Notes under the pieces: generated by a model | What the model was told of the DNA's origin: nothing | Seen by the model: only the letters and a program-made list of their open reading frames with translations | The model's database searches: none | Shown: piece by piece, positions 37,454-48,394 of the stretch | Layout of the letters: every line of letters starts with the position of its first letter | Numbering within the stretch: position 1 is the first letter of the stretch | NCBI GenBank assembly: GCA_000708835.1 | Contig: DF237223.1 | Location: 51,269 to 115,268, forward strand | Direction: 5' to 3' | Source: Klebsormidium nitens | Lineage: Eukaryota > Plantae > Klebsormidiophyceae | Length of the DNA: 64,000 nt | Position numbers and translations under genes: made by a program

Positions 37454-40400
37454 TCGTTACACTTGCGGTGCGTGGAGGCCGAGTACGAAGCTGGGCGCCC
37501 CTTTGTTTCGAGCGCCACTGGACGCCCCGTTCCTCAGCAAGAGCTCTTTACCAAGTACGAAGTGTTTCCAGAGACGTCGGAGCTTCAGGAAGTACGGTCA
37601 CGGGAGGCGGCAAGCGAGGGCGGCTACCAGTTCTTTGTCTAGAGGAGGGACCTCGCCTCGTGTTTGTACTGCCGCGAGTCAAAGGCACACAGTGCTCTCT
37701 CGAGGCGCGGAGTCAAGAGGGCGCTCGAGGAGGGGCCGAGCCCACGGGAGCTCGGCACGGTGGCCCTCCTCTCGGAGCTCCACCGGAGCAAGATCCCTCC
37801 AATCGCCGTTGCACCCGGCCTCTTCCTCGTGCCCCTCCTCGACGCCCGCACTGGGCGCCTTCTGGACATCTCTGCAACGGAGCGGGGTTTTGTCACTGTC
37901 CCACGGCTCGTCAAGGTCGACCACACGGGCAGCTTTCAATGCCTCTGTAGTCAGAAGGCGTGCCGGGACACGACATGTCGTTTCTGGAGGCGACGCGTCT
38001 TATGGGCGGCTGGTGGCAGGGAGGGGAGGCCATCTTCGGCCTTTGACGGCAGCAGATCGTTCGCGCGGGAGGTCACGCACGGCGTGCCTTGGGTATTGCC
38101 GTTGGAACAAGGGGGGTGCGTGGGAGGTGTTCTCTATGGGCTAGACGCATTTGCGTGGAAACGGGGCCCGCACCTCCGAGTGATTGTTGCGAGCAACCCC
38201 GGAGAGGAGCCCGTGGTTTGCGTGCTTGGAGGAGAGGTTGCGCACTGTAGCAGTATCAACTGCACGGGTCCTGAGCGGTGCCGGCACCTGTTGAGTGTGC
38301 TCTCGGAGCAGAACTTGCCTCTGATCGAGCGATGAAGGCAAGAGCGAGGCAACTCGGGTTTATGCTGAGAGACGCGCCGAGAGGGTTGCACAGCGAGAAG
38401 CGGGGGCGAGGAGGCTCTTGGTCTGCAACGATCCCTTTTGCCGGCGGCCGGACTCAAAAGCTGCATGCACGCACCGAAGGACGCTGGAGTCGTGGGAGTG
38501 CCTTCCGGCGGCAGCCCTTGACACGGGGCACAGCCACAAGAAGGTCGATACGGTCATGAGCCGGGGTGGAGGGAGCGTCGCGAGCCTCTGTGAGCGATGG
38601 GGCGAAGAGGGGGTGCGGCAGCGAGATAAGGCAGAGCACTTTTGCGCATCTCGACCTTTGGATGCGCTCTCTCCCTGCGGCCGCCCATGGCAGGTGAAGA
38701 GCAAGAAGGGGGTTCTGACGACGGCGGGAGCACGCTACGAGGTCACAACCTATCGGAGGGTTTGTCGGCTAGCGCCGGGACGCGAGTCAGCTTGTTGCAT
38801 GGTAGCCTACGACGGCCGGGTGAGACATAACATCGTCATCACACGGACTGATTCGTTGATAAAGAACGGATTCCTTGTACCGCTTGTACGCTGCTTCAGA
38901 AGGTAAAGGAGCATTGGCCTTGAGGTAGTCAATGTTGCACTTGGCTTTGACAGCGGGCGGGTAGTCTGGTTCGGACCACAACAATGAATACTTCAATGGA
39001 GACTCCAAGGGCACCATACGACGGAGAAGTGAGAGTTGGTGAATCGCTTCCTCCCAAAAGACGCACTTGGATTCTTCCTCGGGGCTCTCGAGCTTTGCTC
39101 GAAGGTCAATGCACTCTGGTAGATTGAGACCAGCTAGTACGGCTTGCGTCTAGAAACACCTCCCCAGGTTTGCAAGGTCCTCATAATGCTTGACGAACCT
39201 TTTCCTCCGTTGCATTACGACCTTTGTTTGTCGAGCTTCTTGAGCCTCACGAAAGCCCACCGGACCTCCTCGCTCCCGGATAGCAAGCACACGTACGTCG
39301 ACTTCCCGATAGTAACGGGTTTGAACCGTGTTCAAAGGATGAGAGGTCCACTGAAGCGGAGTGAGGTCTTTTATCTCGTACTTCTTTCGTGCCTCGGTTG
39401 TGGTCAGGCAATCAAGTGCGCTGTGCAGTCCAAGATCCAGACATTTTAGACATGTTGGCAACCCTTTGTGGGGGTGCATGGGCCATCGCAGATCAGTCCA
39501 CGCACTGCTGCATATTGCGCAACATTCTTGCGGCAAGATCGACTCGACGTAAAGTGGGCCGGGTGAATTGTTGCTCGAAAGCGGAAAGTCGTGCATCATT
39601 GTTCCGATACCAGCTTGAGTATCTTTACAGGTACAGGCTGAAGCGGCCAGATCTGGAAGATTGAGCAAGCCCTCCTGACCGACAACACTCAAAGCGGAGG
39701 CAAACTTCTCGTTTAAAGACATCGTCTGCTGTAGTCAAGCCTTGGAAAGAATGAAGGCTCTCCTGAACGCATATCCACGATGATGTTGTTCCGTTTTGCA
39801 GGAGGACGGCATCTTCAACTTCTCCGGCACCAACCTCATCTCGCACGGACTCCTCTTGCGCAACCACTTTGCCGCAGCTCTGGGGGCGGCCCACAGTCTC
39901 AACTTTGAGGCCGGTGACATGGCGACAAGGTGCCTCGAGGGGCCTAGCGTTTCTAGGATGGACGACCGGGTCTTCGACTCGGCCATGCAAGCCTTCAACG
40001 ACCTGGCGGCACGGCCTCGGATCCAACACGTCTGCTCGCGTGTCGACTGCGCGCACTTGTACACGAGCGAGGTGGAGGCGGCCGAGGCGGAGGCCCAAAC
40101 GGCTGGCAACTCTCTGAGGCCGGAGCGAACGGAGGGGGCGAGCTCCGAGCTGGCCACATATATTTTTGGGCGGGACAAGGTCATCACCTTTGATGGCACC
40201 TTCTTTGCCAACTCGAGTGCGATGAGGGATTCCAGCATCGAGGCATCCTTGCACAGCATCTGCGAGCCCGATCCGAAAGCGCCGAGGGTGGCTGGGGGCT
40301 TCACTCCTCTGAGCGTGGGCGGGGTGCGGCCATCTGACGTGCCGCTGGAGGGAATCGACTGCCCTTGGAAGTACCGGAACGGCCTCTCAGAGCTACGGCC

Positions 40401-41888
40401 GGCCGTGCGGGCGCTGGCCCTTCGTTGGTGCAACTTTCGCAAGGCCCCGGCCCACGGGAGCAACGCGCCTCTGACGCCGGACGAGTTCGTGGCCATGCGG
40501 GAGGAGCTTCCGGCCAACGTTGCCGCTCTGGTCGACTTTGTGATCGAGTCGGGGGCTTGTGCCAATCCCACCACGTGTGCGGTCTGCCTGGGGGTGCCAC
40601 GGCGGCCGTGGATGCAAGGGTTTCTCAAGGAGGGGCCCGTGGGGCCGACCGGCTGGTGCCCCACGCACTTCCAGCCATACGGAGCCCTCCTCCACGCGCT
40701 GCTCATCCCTCGCTACTCCTGGGTGTTTGGGCGCATCGTCACCCTGAAGTTGCTGAGACACGTGTTGCTGGAGGGTCCTCTCGATGCGCGAGGGATGGCA
40801 TTTCTCTCCAATGACGGCCCCATGCTAGCGGCCGTCCTGCGCCTCCATCCAGTTGCCGGCGGACAGTACGCATTTCCAGCAACGCTGCGGCCGCTCGTGC
40901 GTGACATCTATGCCACGAACCTCCTCTGCTTCGAGCCCAGCGCAAACCGGCCGGGTCCAGCCTTGCGATCGCCACTGGCCGCCCTCCATGATGCGACCGA
41001 GCACCTCTGGGCAATCGAAGGCGAGAAGCTGAGGCTTGCGGGTCAGCTAGAGGGGGCGGCCATGGAGTATGCCGAGCAACGTGGGGCGGCATTGAAGGGG
41101 GCTGCCAACTCGCTTCTGTTCGAGCTCGAGGTTTGAGAGCCTTTGTGCTACGGAGAGGGCGGCTTCCTTCAGGCGCCGTCGGCGGCCTATACTGAGCGGG
41201 TCGGCGCCGTCTCGTCCTACTCCTTTCACCCCCTGCTGTACGGCCGGCCTCGGTTCGTCGACTGGGAGGACGAGGAGGGCCGGGGGAAGAGGGGGTCAGA
41301 GGAGCGCCCAACCCAACATTGCAGTGCGCCAAACCCTCTGTCATCAAAAGGGCGGGCCGGGATCTTCATTGCGTGCTGCCAAGACCGGGCGCCCCTTGGG
41401 TACCACTGGCTGAAGGGGACCGAGTCGGTGTCGGACCTTGGTACGGTGCTCCTGACGCGGTTCCATTCAAGACGCTGCGGGGCATGACCGTCGTGGAGGA
41501 CGCTTCGTGCAACGCGCAAGAGTGGTTGCTGAACCGGGTGCCCTCGATGGCCAAGTATGTCTGTTTTGTTGTGGACAGATTCCATAGTGGGCCCGTGAGC
41601 TGCGCGCGGTCTGGCGCGAAGCGCTACGCGACGCACACGTGTGCCCCGACACTCTTCATCGACTCGTTCCCACAACACAGCCACACGATCACGACGGCCT
41701 CGGAAGGCATCAACTCGGGGCTAAAGAGATGCGCGGCCAGCCTCCAGCAGATCACGAGCATCAAGCGGCTATTGAGCAGGGTTACAACGATCCTCGACAC
41801 GTTGTTTGAGCGATCAAAATACGCAGTGTATTGGAGCAATACTAGCAATCCTTTGAGAGACTCGATCAAGAGGGGGCGAAGTCAATGA
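37454..41888 (+). pseudogene. KDZ (Kyakuja-Dileera-Zisupton)-type transposase with SWIM-like and CxC-type Cys clusters; disrupted
   Basis: SWIM-like CSSINC..RCRH. CCMVAYDGR|EDGIFNFS is joined by a GT-AG intron at 38820-39801. Catalytic-type motifs are VITFDGT, GIFIACC...GYHW...ESVSD...LLTRF, VVEDASC...LLNRVP, FVVDRFH and ASEGINS. Stops at 37640 (TAG) and 41134 (TGA); frameshifts near 38328 and 41463. Confidence 0.75.
38787..39722 (-). pseudogene. XPA/Rad14-like Zn-finger plus C-terminal-domain protein, nested antisense in the transposase intron; one in-frame TAG at 39150-39152
   Basis: CAIC-x17-CLKC followed by LTTTEARKKYEIKDL...RYYREVDVRVLAIRERGG...EARQTK...RRKR resembles XPA (CxxC..CxxC..ITKTEAKxxYLL..KLYL..V...A...WG..E.R). 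ORFs 39150-39722 and 38787-39017 share one frame. Confidence 0.6.
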
Positions 41889-41898
41889 GGTTGTTCTG

Positions 41899-42456
41899 TA
41901 TTACTCTATTACTCATTACCCACCTCATCAAGTTCCTTTTGTGTTTTAACATCTGTCATGTGGTGAGGAGTGCATCGAGAGGGCTTCATATCCGTAAAAA
42001 GAACGGGTAATAGGGTAATAGGGTAATAGGATGTATGGTTCAAGGCTTTATTCATGGGTACTGTCATGTGTGTGTTGTGTTGTGATGAGGGTAATAAGAG
42101 GGTAATAAGCTGTTCTGTACTCACACACTTCGAAAATTTGTCCCTATTACTTCTCACGACACTACATGCTTCTTCCAATCCCTCTTTTTACACCCACACA
42201 TGAAAGTTAGAGCCGTTGGTAGATTCATGATGGGCCGCAGTTGAGGTTCTCCTTTATTACCCTATTACTCATTACCCACCGCCTCAAGTCTGTTTGTACA
42301 TCTGTCATGTGGTGATGGAAGCTTCAAGGGGTTCCATATTTTAAAAAACAATGGGTCATAGAGTAATAGGGTAATGGAATGTCTGGTTTAAGGCTTCGTT
42401 CATGGGTACTGTCATGTGTGTGTGTTGTTGTAATAAGGGTAATAAGAAGGTAATAA
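41899..42456. repeat. Two copies of a roughly 210-bp module carrying inverted triplets of TATTAC(C/T)C / GGGTAATA octamers (iteron-like)
   Basis: Copy 1: TATTACTC-TATTACTC-ATTACCC at 41899-41921, (GGGTAATA)x3 at 42005-42028, plus two more at 42089 and 42100. Copy 2: 42255-42277, 42353-42376, 42437 and 42448. Confidence 0.85.
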
Positions 42457-42468
42457 GCTATTTGGTAC

Positions 42469-45294
42469 TCAATCTCTTTGGAAAGAATCATCTTCTGGCC
42501 TTTCTCGAGTCTGTACTTTCCCGTCCTCACCTCGTCTCACTTCCCACATATGACGGTTGGAGCAGAACGAGCATTTTTGATCCGCAACGGTTTTTCGCGA
42601 CCTTCCCAAAGCATCAACCAGCTCTTGAAGAGCCGTCGGTTCCGTCATCCATGGGCCTTCCTTGTCTTCCACGTACTCGAGTCGTTGCCAGGTATCAACC
42701 CACTCCACGGTCGAGCTCAGAAGCTTCCCTTTGTGCAGGGCCTCGCAGATAGCGCCCTGTGGGGCGAACCACCATCCCTTGTGGGTTCGAACCTTCTCAA
42801 TGGAGCGTGCCTGCGGTCGCATCTTGAAAACGGCATTTAAAGAGCGCATCAAGAGATTAATGTCGGTATGGCGGTCTTCTTTGATGTCCATCTGATGCAA
42901 AAATGTGTCATAAGTCCGCTTGATGTCCGCTGATGCTACCCACGTCTCCAAGGACGGGTGAAAGCACCCGTTCTCAAGCAACGCTTGCATCATGTTGACA
43001 TGGGGTGGAATCGAATGTTCCTTTAGGCCTTCCCCCCAAGCTGTAATTGGCATCTTTTGAGGATTCCAGTCGGAGATGTCAATGGATGAAAGATACCGAT
43101 ACATGTAATATGCGGTCATGGGTTTTTCCAACTCTTCCACAAGTGCATCAAAGTACTCTTTGTCGCCCATTTTGGTATCTGATACTTGCTGACAAGAGTA
43201 TCGTCGGTCGTCGGCCTCCCGTTTCACTGGCGAGTAATTATTGGTCGTAAAAACGAGGTTGCTCTTGTCCTGCACGCTGATCGGATCTTGGCCTTTACGC
43301 TCCAAGCACGTCGTCTCCTGAGTGATTTGCGACTTCATCCGATCATTCATCCGGAACGCCCCTCCCCAATTTCCTGCCTCGTCAAAAGTAATGAGAAGCT
43401 TATTGGCTCCCAATGAATTGAATTTTCCAATGACCGTGTCGATGTTGTTGCAATAAAGATAGTACTTGGCACCAAGAATCTCGCGTCCAATGAAGTCCCA
43501 CACTACAGACTTTCCGCACCCTTGCCCACTGCGGAAAACAAGAGCCACTCCAACCTTCCTCCAAGGCTTCTGCACGGCGTGCGCCATCCAACTGATGTTA
43601 TCGGTGAATCGTTCGTTTGAGCCATCGCACACGATGTTGCGAAGGTGCCACATAAGCTTTGGCATCTGTACCTCGCACTCCATGAACTCCGCCTCCGTCA
43701 ACTTGTGGTCGAGCGGTTTGAATCTCAGCCCGGAAAACAGATTGAAATGTCGCGGGGACCCCTTTGATGGGTCCGGCTCGAACACGATCTGATCGTATTC
43801 CCGCCGCTTAGGGTTGCTCTCCCAAAACCTGGCAACCTCTTTGTTCTTCCCAGGTAGGCTCTCGAGCTGGAAGTTTCTGCAGACCTCCAGAAAGTCCCGG
43901 CCGGACCGATGGATGGTCTCGTCGGACTCAAGCTTCCCGTTTGCGTCTCTTGAGTAGATTGTCTTTAGGTAAACCGCCTTTGTCGAACGCACAACGGCAA
44001 AGTAATGGTTCATGATCTGCAAAGTGAGATCGTGTAAGTGCATCTTTGCTCTCTTTGTTCGCTCGTCATCTTCCTTGCTCTTCTGTTTCCCGACGCTTTC
44101 ATCTGCGGGCGGCACAAAGGGGAAAATGTAGCTTTCGCAAGTTTTGAAAAGTTGTCCTTCCGCTCTCAAAGGCAAACACTAGGGCCAAAAGTACACGCCT
44201 AGCAAAGGCTTCGGTCGATCAATGCAATCCGGAGACAGACAACGGTACACGAAGACGCACCCGTTACTCAAGACGCTGAATTGATTTGAATGGTGTTGGT
44301 GGCCGTTCAAGCACGTTCGCGAGCCGTTGGTTCTAAACTTGAGGATCTGCCACCCGTTCGGGGTCCTTTTTCCAACGCCATTGAAAATGCTAGAGTCGCC
44401 TGGCACTCTAGCACGCAGCAACCTCTCAATCTCTTCACGCGCTTGTTCCAGTCCCGGCAATTGATTCCATTCCGTATCAGGACGTGCGGTGCTACATGGT
44501 GCCGCATCTTCTGCTCCGGGTGTTGACATTGGAGCTTGTGGCTTTGCAATTCGTGGTTTCTCATGGAACGCAGCGTCGTTCAAGAATTGGACCAACCAGT
44601 CTGGCATCCCATTGCGAGGTGCCGTTTCGTCCGATCCGCTCCAATGGTAGCCATACTCTCTTCCCGCTTCGTCAAAGTACTTTGAGGGAGAGGCATAAAC
44701 TATCCCATCCCGGCCTCTTCCATCCAAGGCCCATGTGCACCCCTCGTAAACGACCGTTGCAAAGTTTGTATCTTTGAGCAGACCAGAGGTCTTGCTTCGG
44801 CTAAAATATATGTGCAATCCAAATCCCAATCCAGTGGTTGCCTTTAGGGTCTCAACGGCTCCGTGCTGCTCCACCAATCAACTCCAGAGCATTGTGCCTG
44901 CCTCTTTGCGCCCACCCTCATCCTTTGAAGATCTTGCGGTGGCATCGCAATCGACGACATAGAGGTCGGATACGCCACAGAGCACCGCCAGAGCATTAAC
45001 ATCCAAGGCGGCCTTGTTTATGTAAGAGTTGATACCTTTCTTCCAATCTGCTAACGACTTTGTCAACGGGGTATAATTGCCACCACTGAAGCTTGTTTTC
45101 TTCTTCCCTGCAACAATTTCTAGCCGGAGCGGGATGGTGTACATGCCCTGTTTATACAGAGATCGCATGCCTTCAACGATACAATACTTGTGCTGAAAAC
45201 GTGATTCGACTGGAGCATCAGGGCTGGGCTCGTAGAGCTCGCCGTCTTCGGTGATGAGCCTGAGCCTCTTAGGGCGTTTCAAACGCGTGCTCAA
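42469..45294 (-). pseudogene. Bifunctional primase-polymerase (Prim-Pol) + Zn finger + NrS-1/D5-like SF3 helicase; 942-codon frame with 2 internal stops
   Basis: NALAVLCGVSDLYVVDCD, TTGLGFGLHIYF, LDGRGRDGIVYASPS, MPDWL, then CLNGHQHHSN..YRCLSPDC. Helicase motifs: FNLFSG, Walker A SGQGCGKS, Walker B LITFDEAG, motif C FTTNN and DDRRY. In-frame TGA at 44878-80 and TAG at 44179-81 split one frame. No introns. Confidence 0.85.
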
Positions 45295-45322
45295 ATTTTC
45301 TCACCACGATAGTAATAGCGGG

Positions 45323-45706
45323 ATGAAAATGCACAATGAATCGGCATTGAACGACAATTGTGAATGCGGAACGTGCTTGTCCGTTAAGCATTTCTATGAA
45401 AGGCATCCAAACGCTCGAAAGACTTACACCCGACGGCATTATTTGAAACATAGAGACAGTATCCTCTTGACACAAGCATTTGAGCGCTATATGAACGGAC
45501 ATGCATCTCAACAAAGGACTTTGAAGCGGCTCTTTGAAGCAGGCTTTCCAGTTAAGATTTCAAAACGTGCATGGCATCATGATGATCCGCCAATAACGCT
45601 CTCTCCCAATCATGACGTGCCTCAAACGGCGTCTTGGAGCATGCCAGATAATGCCACCGCGTCAGCTTTTCCTTTGGGTGCATACACGAGCATCGAAGTA
45701 TCCTAA
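45323..45706 (+). CDS. Small hypothetical protein with a CECxxC and a basic YTRRHYLKHRDSIL segment
   Basis: ATG ORF filling the space between the Prim-Pol and recombinase genes. The basic/aromatic stretch resembles small viral DNA-binding ORFs. Confidence 0.35.
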   Translation: MKMHNESALNDNCECGTCLSVKHFYERHPNARKTYTRRHYLKHRDSILLTQAFERYMNGHASQQRTLKRLFEAGFPVKISKRAWHHDDPPITLSPNHDVPQTASWSMPDNATASAFPLGAYTSIEVS

Positions 45707-45753
45707 AAGGATTTGACAGAGGTGTTGAGCGAGTGGAGAAATGTGCATCTTCG

Positions 45754-46797
45754 TCAAAACTGGATTTTGGATCCGTCATGATTATAATGCTTTTCATAGA
45801 ATTTCTGAGCAATAGATGCCGTATGGAGCATTTGTTGTGCCACTCGCAAGCTTGGCGCATCTTTCATCGCATTTGACACGCAGATTTTCCGCAAAAGGCA
45901 ACTTCCAACTGCTGCATCTTTGAAGAGATTGGTCGAGCAGAACTTGCTCATGTAAATCTTGGTCATTGGCTGATCGGGAGATCTCATCCTCGATAAAAGG
46001 TACTTGCGTGGAAATGCGTGAAGGCTTTCAGCAATCACATTGATGGACCGCGTCGACATATCAATGTTTGTCGCGCCATGGTGTCGGATCGTTTTGAAGT
46101 CCTTTAGGACGAGACGAAACTGGTCCTTCTCGTATTCTACCATGTAGTTCTTAGACGATGACATGAGCTCCCGCGCCTCAGTGGTCTTGATGTCCCCGTG
46201 ACGGACGACCGGGCACTCTGAGTAATCATTACGAACGGCCGGCTGGTAGGTGAACAGACACAGGATGAGGTGCTGGATCAAAATGATCTTGTCTTTGATG
46301 GTCAGATCCTCTGGTTTCTGTGGTAGGATCCTGCGATTCACGTATCGTTGCAGCTCTACCCGGCGTTCATTGATCTGATCGAACGTCTTCCAATTGGCTG
46401 CCTCTTGCACCGTTAGCTGTTGGGGCGGAGGCCGTGCTTCGTCCATCATTTTGCGGACCGCTGTGAACCGTTGGTAGTACGCATCATAGAGTCGTTTGTC
46501 ATTTGGGAATGCTTTTTTGCACACGACCAGCAGCGGATTAAGGCCAGTGCTCTGCATACTGAGTTTAACGGGATACGTCTCTTGAAAGTACTTGATGACC
46601 GCATCGGAGTCCTCGATCCACTCAAGATCATTTTAGTCGTTCCTTTTGTGCAAGCCCTCAAACAAGCGCATCACGTGCTTCACGTATTGCGCGATCGTGT
46701 TTTGGTTGCGATCGCCGTCATCAAAGACCTGGCGCAACAGCCGTTCCCCGTTGGTTACGGAGGTTACACGTTTCGTGCTTCCGCTGGGGTCCTGCAT
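45754..46797 (-). pseudogene. Tyrosine recombinase of the type seen in Polinton-like viruses and virophages; one in-frame TAA at 46633-46635
   Basis: Catalytic-type motifs in order: LFTYQPAVRNDY (R), DFKT (K), LLRKI (R), QMLHT (H), QKFY (Y). ORF 46633-46836 is in frame with 45754-46557 (HKRND*NDLEWIED...). Confidence 0.75.
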
Positions 46798-46853
46798 CTT
46801 CAATTTTTCTAGATAATGCAGATAAATTTTCAACAAGACAAACGCTCATCTCC

Positions 46854-47025
46854 CCAGATAATGTGATTATTCACGTTTCAAAAATTGTCGAACGAATTCA
46901 TCATGCAGAGTCGCTTTTGTCGATTTTCTGGTTACAAAAGCTTCTATAAGCCGGTGTCATAGCCAGACGGGGCGTCACTTTTCGTACGAAAAGTTACTAG
47001 CTCCAGATAACGTGATTAAGCACGT
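46854..47025. promoter_or_regulatory. Two 23-bp direct repeats with dyad symmetry and an 18-bp perfect palindrome upstream of the recombinase gene
   Basis: CCAGATAATGTGATTATTCACGT (46854-46876) and CCAGATAACGTGATTAAGCACGT (47003-47025) are 20/23 identical. ACTTTTCGTACGAAAAGT lies at 46977-46994. Confidence 0.45.
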
Positions 47026-47618
47026 ACATAATTAAAAAATCGGGCTTTTTGGCATATTCCGTTTTCTATACCAAGCCGATTCGGGTCACTCGCGAGGTCT
47101 TCGAACCTTAATTCTCGATTTACGAGTTCCTCCAGGCCCAAAATCGGCTCGTTATCATCCGCCCAAATCACACTCGGTGGACGAGATGAACAAGATGGAG
47201 ACATTGCTCGTGGCGCCATGTGGTCTACGGGGGGGAACACTCGAGCATTTTGCACATTTTCCTTGGATATCACGCCTTGCAGTTTGCGGGCTCGTCGCCG
47301 TGCTTGAGTTGCATTCTTTAGGGCGGCTCTCCTAGCTAACCTTTACAGTGTACGGGCAATCCTCGTTGCTTTTATCCCAGAGGCATTGAAACCTTCCGCA
47401 ATCAACGAGCGCACCAGAGCTCTGCAGATGTGATTAAGATTGAATGGCTCTGCTAAAGATCGGATGCCACCCAACGCAACAGCATCCAACGTCGTCTCGA
47501 GAGATCCGTACTCTTGATAAGCCCTCACAATTGCAGAACGAGCACTTTCAAGGATCTGCTTGTCCATGTCAATAATTGCGACGCGTGCATGAGGACGGAA
47601 GCCAAGGATCGCATCCAT
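47016..47618 (-). pseudogene. Hypothetical protein (about 200 codons) split by one in-frame TAA at 47343-47345
   Basis: ORFs 47343-47618 and 47016-47273 are in the same frame: ...IARTL*RLARRALKNATQARRRARKLQGVISKE... Confidence 0.5.
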
Positions 47619-47699
47619 ACAATCTGTTCAACTATCGTCCATAGAGAAAAATGATGACAACCGTTGCACTACCGCGGTGATGACAAATCGTCCTTCAAA

Positions 47700-48134
47700 C
47701 TATGATCGCTCTCTTCTAATGATCTCGCAGAGCGTGTCGTCCAAAGCAGGGTTGTAGCTTGTACTCGAGCTTGAATCGTTAAGAATCTTCACCTCAAACC
47801 CACACGGTCCATAGCGGCCCCAATTAACGCGGTGCACTCGTGCTCGCATCTCTAACCCTCTCCGAATTGGGCCGAACACTCTATGGTACTTGAATTCGCG
47901 CCCAATAAAGCCCAAAGACGACCCCGGGGAGCCGCAATCCGTAGGGTCAAAGATGCCAATACCATATGCGCTATATCCATCCATCAAATACTTGCGAAGT
48001 ATGAGCTCCTGACCGGGTTGAAGCATGCGTATACGGTTCCGGCGGCCTAGCTTCGAAAGTGACCCCCACGGCTCGGCATAGTGTACGTCCATCAGCAAGC
48101 TCCTCCATTGCGCAAGCTGGCAAATTCGATACAA
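47700..48134 (-). CDS. HIRAN-like domain protein
   Basis: VHY...LQPGQELILRKYLMDGYSAYGIGIF...LGFIGRE...RRGLEMRARVHRV fits the HIRAN pattern (LxxGxxlxLxre.xNxyDxxAIxv..lGyipr); by-eye match only. Confidence 0.5.
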   Translation of the reverse strand: MYRICQLAQWRSLLMDVHYAEPWGSLSKLGRRNRIRMLQPGQELILRKYLMDGYSAYGIGIFDPTDCGSPGSSLGFIGREFKYHRVFGPIRRGLEMRARVHRVNWGRYGPCGFEVKILNDSSSSTSYNPALDDTLCEIIRRERS

Positions 48135-48394
48135 TCATCAGCACAAACCCTTTCCCTAAGTACGTACGGAACCCTCGCCGAGCTCAGTGAAGAAGCGGGC
48201 CCCACCATGCTTTACAAGCACAAGGTCTCTATGATCGTATGCATACTATCAGCTTCGTTCAGTTTGGCTTCTACAACTCCAGTGAACGATGCTTGTTACA
48301 TGTGCAGTCTATAGAGAGTAATTAACACCGCGTGGCCCATCCGACAATGATCCGAGACGACCATACCCATCACAATCCCGATTTATGATTGACT

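Noticed and set aside
41899-41921. CRESS/geminivirus nonanucleotide origin (TAATATTAC/TAGTATTAC)
   Set aside because: Only the TATTAC hexamer is present, not at a hairpin apex, and no HUH Rep was seen.
37640-47345. Alternative genetic code or programmed readthrough explaining the in-frame stops
   Set aside because: All three stop codons are involved, frameshifts co-occur, and neighbouring genes terminate normally; decay is simpler.
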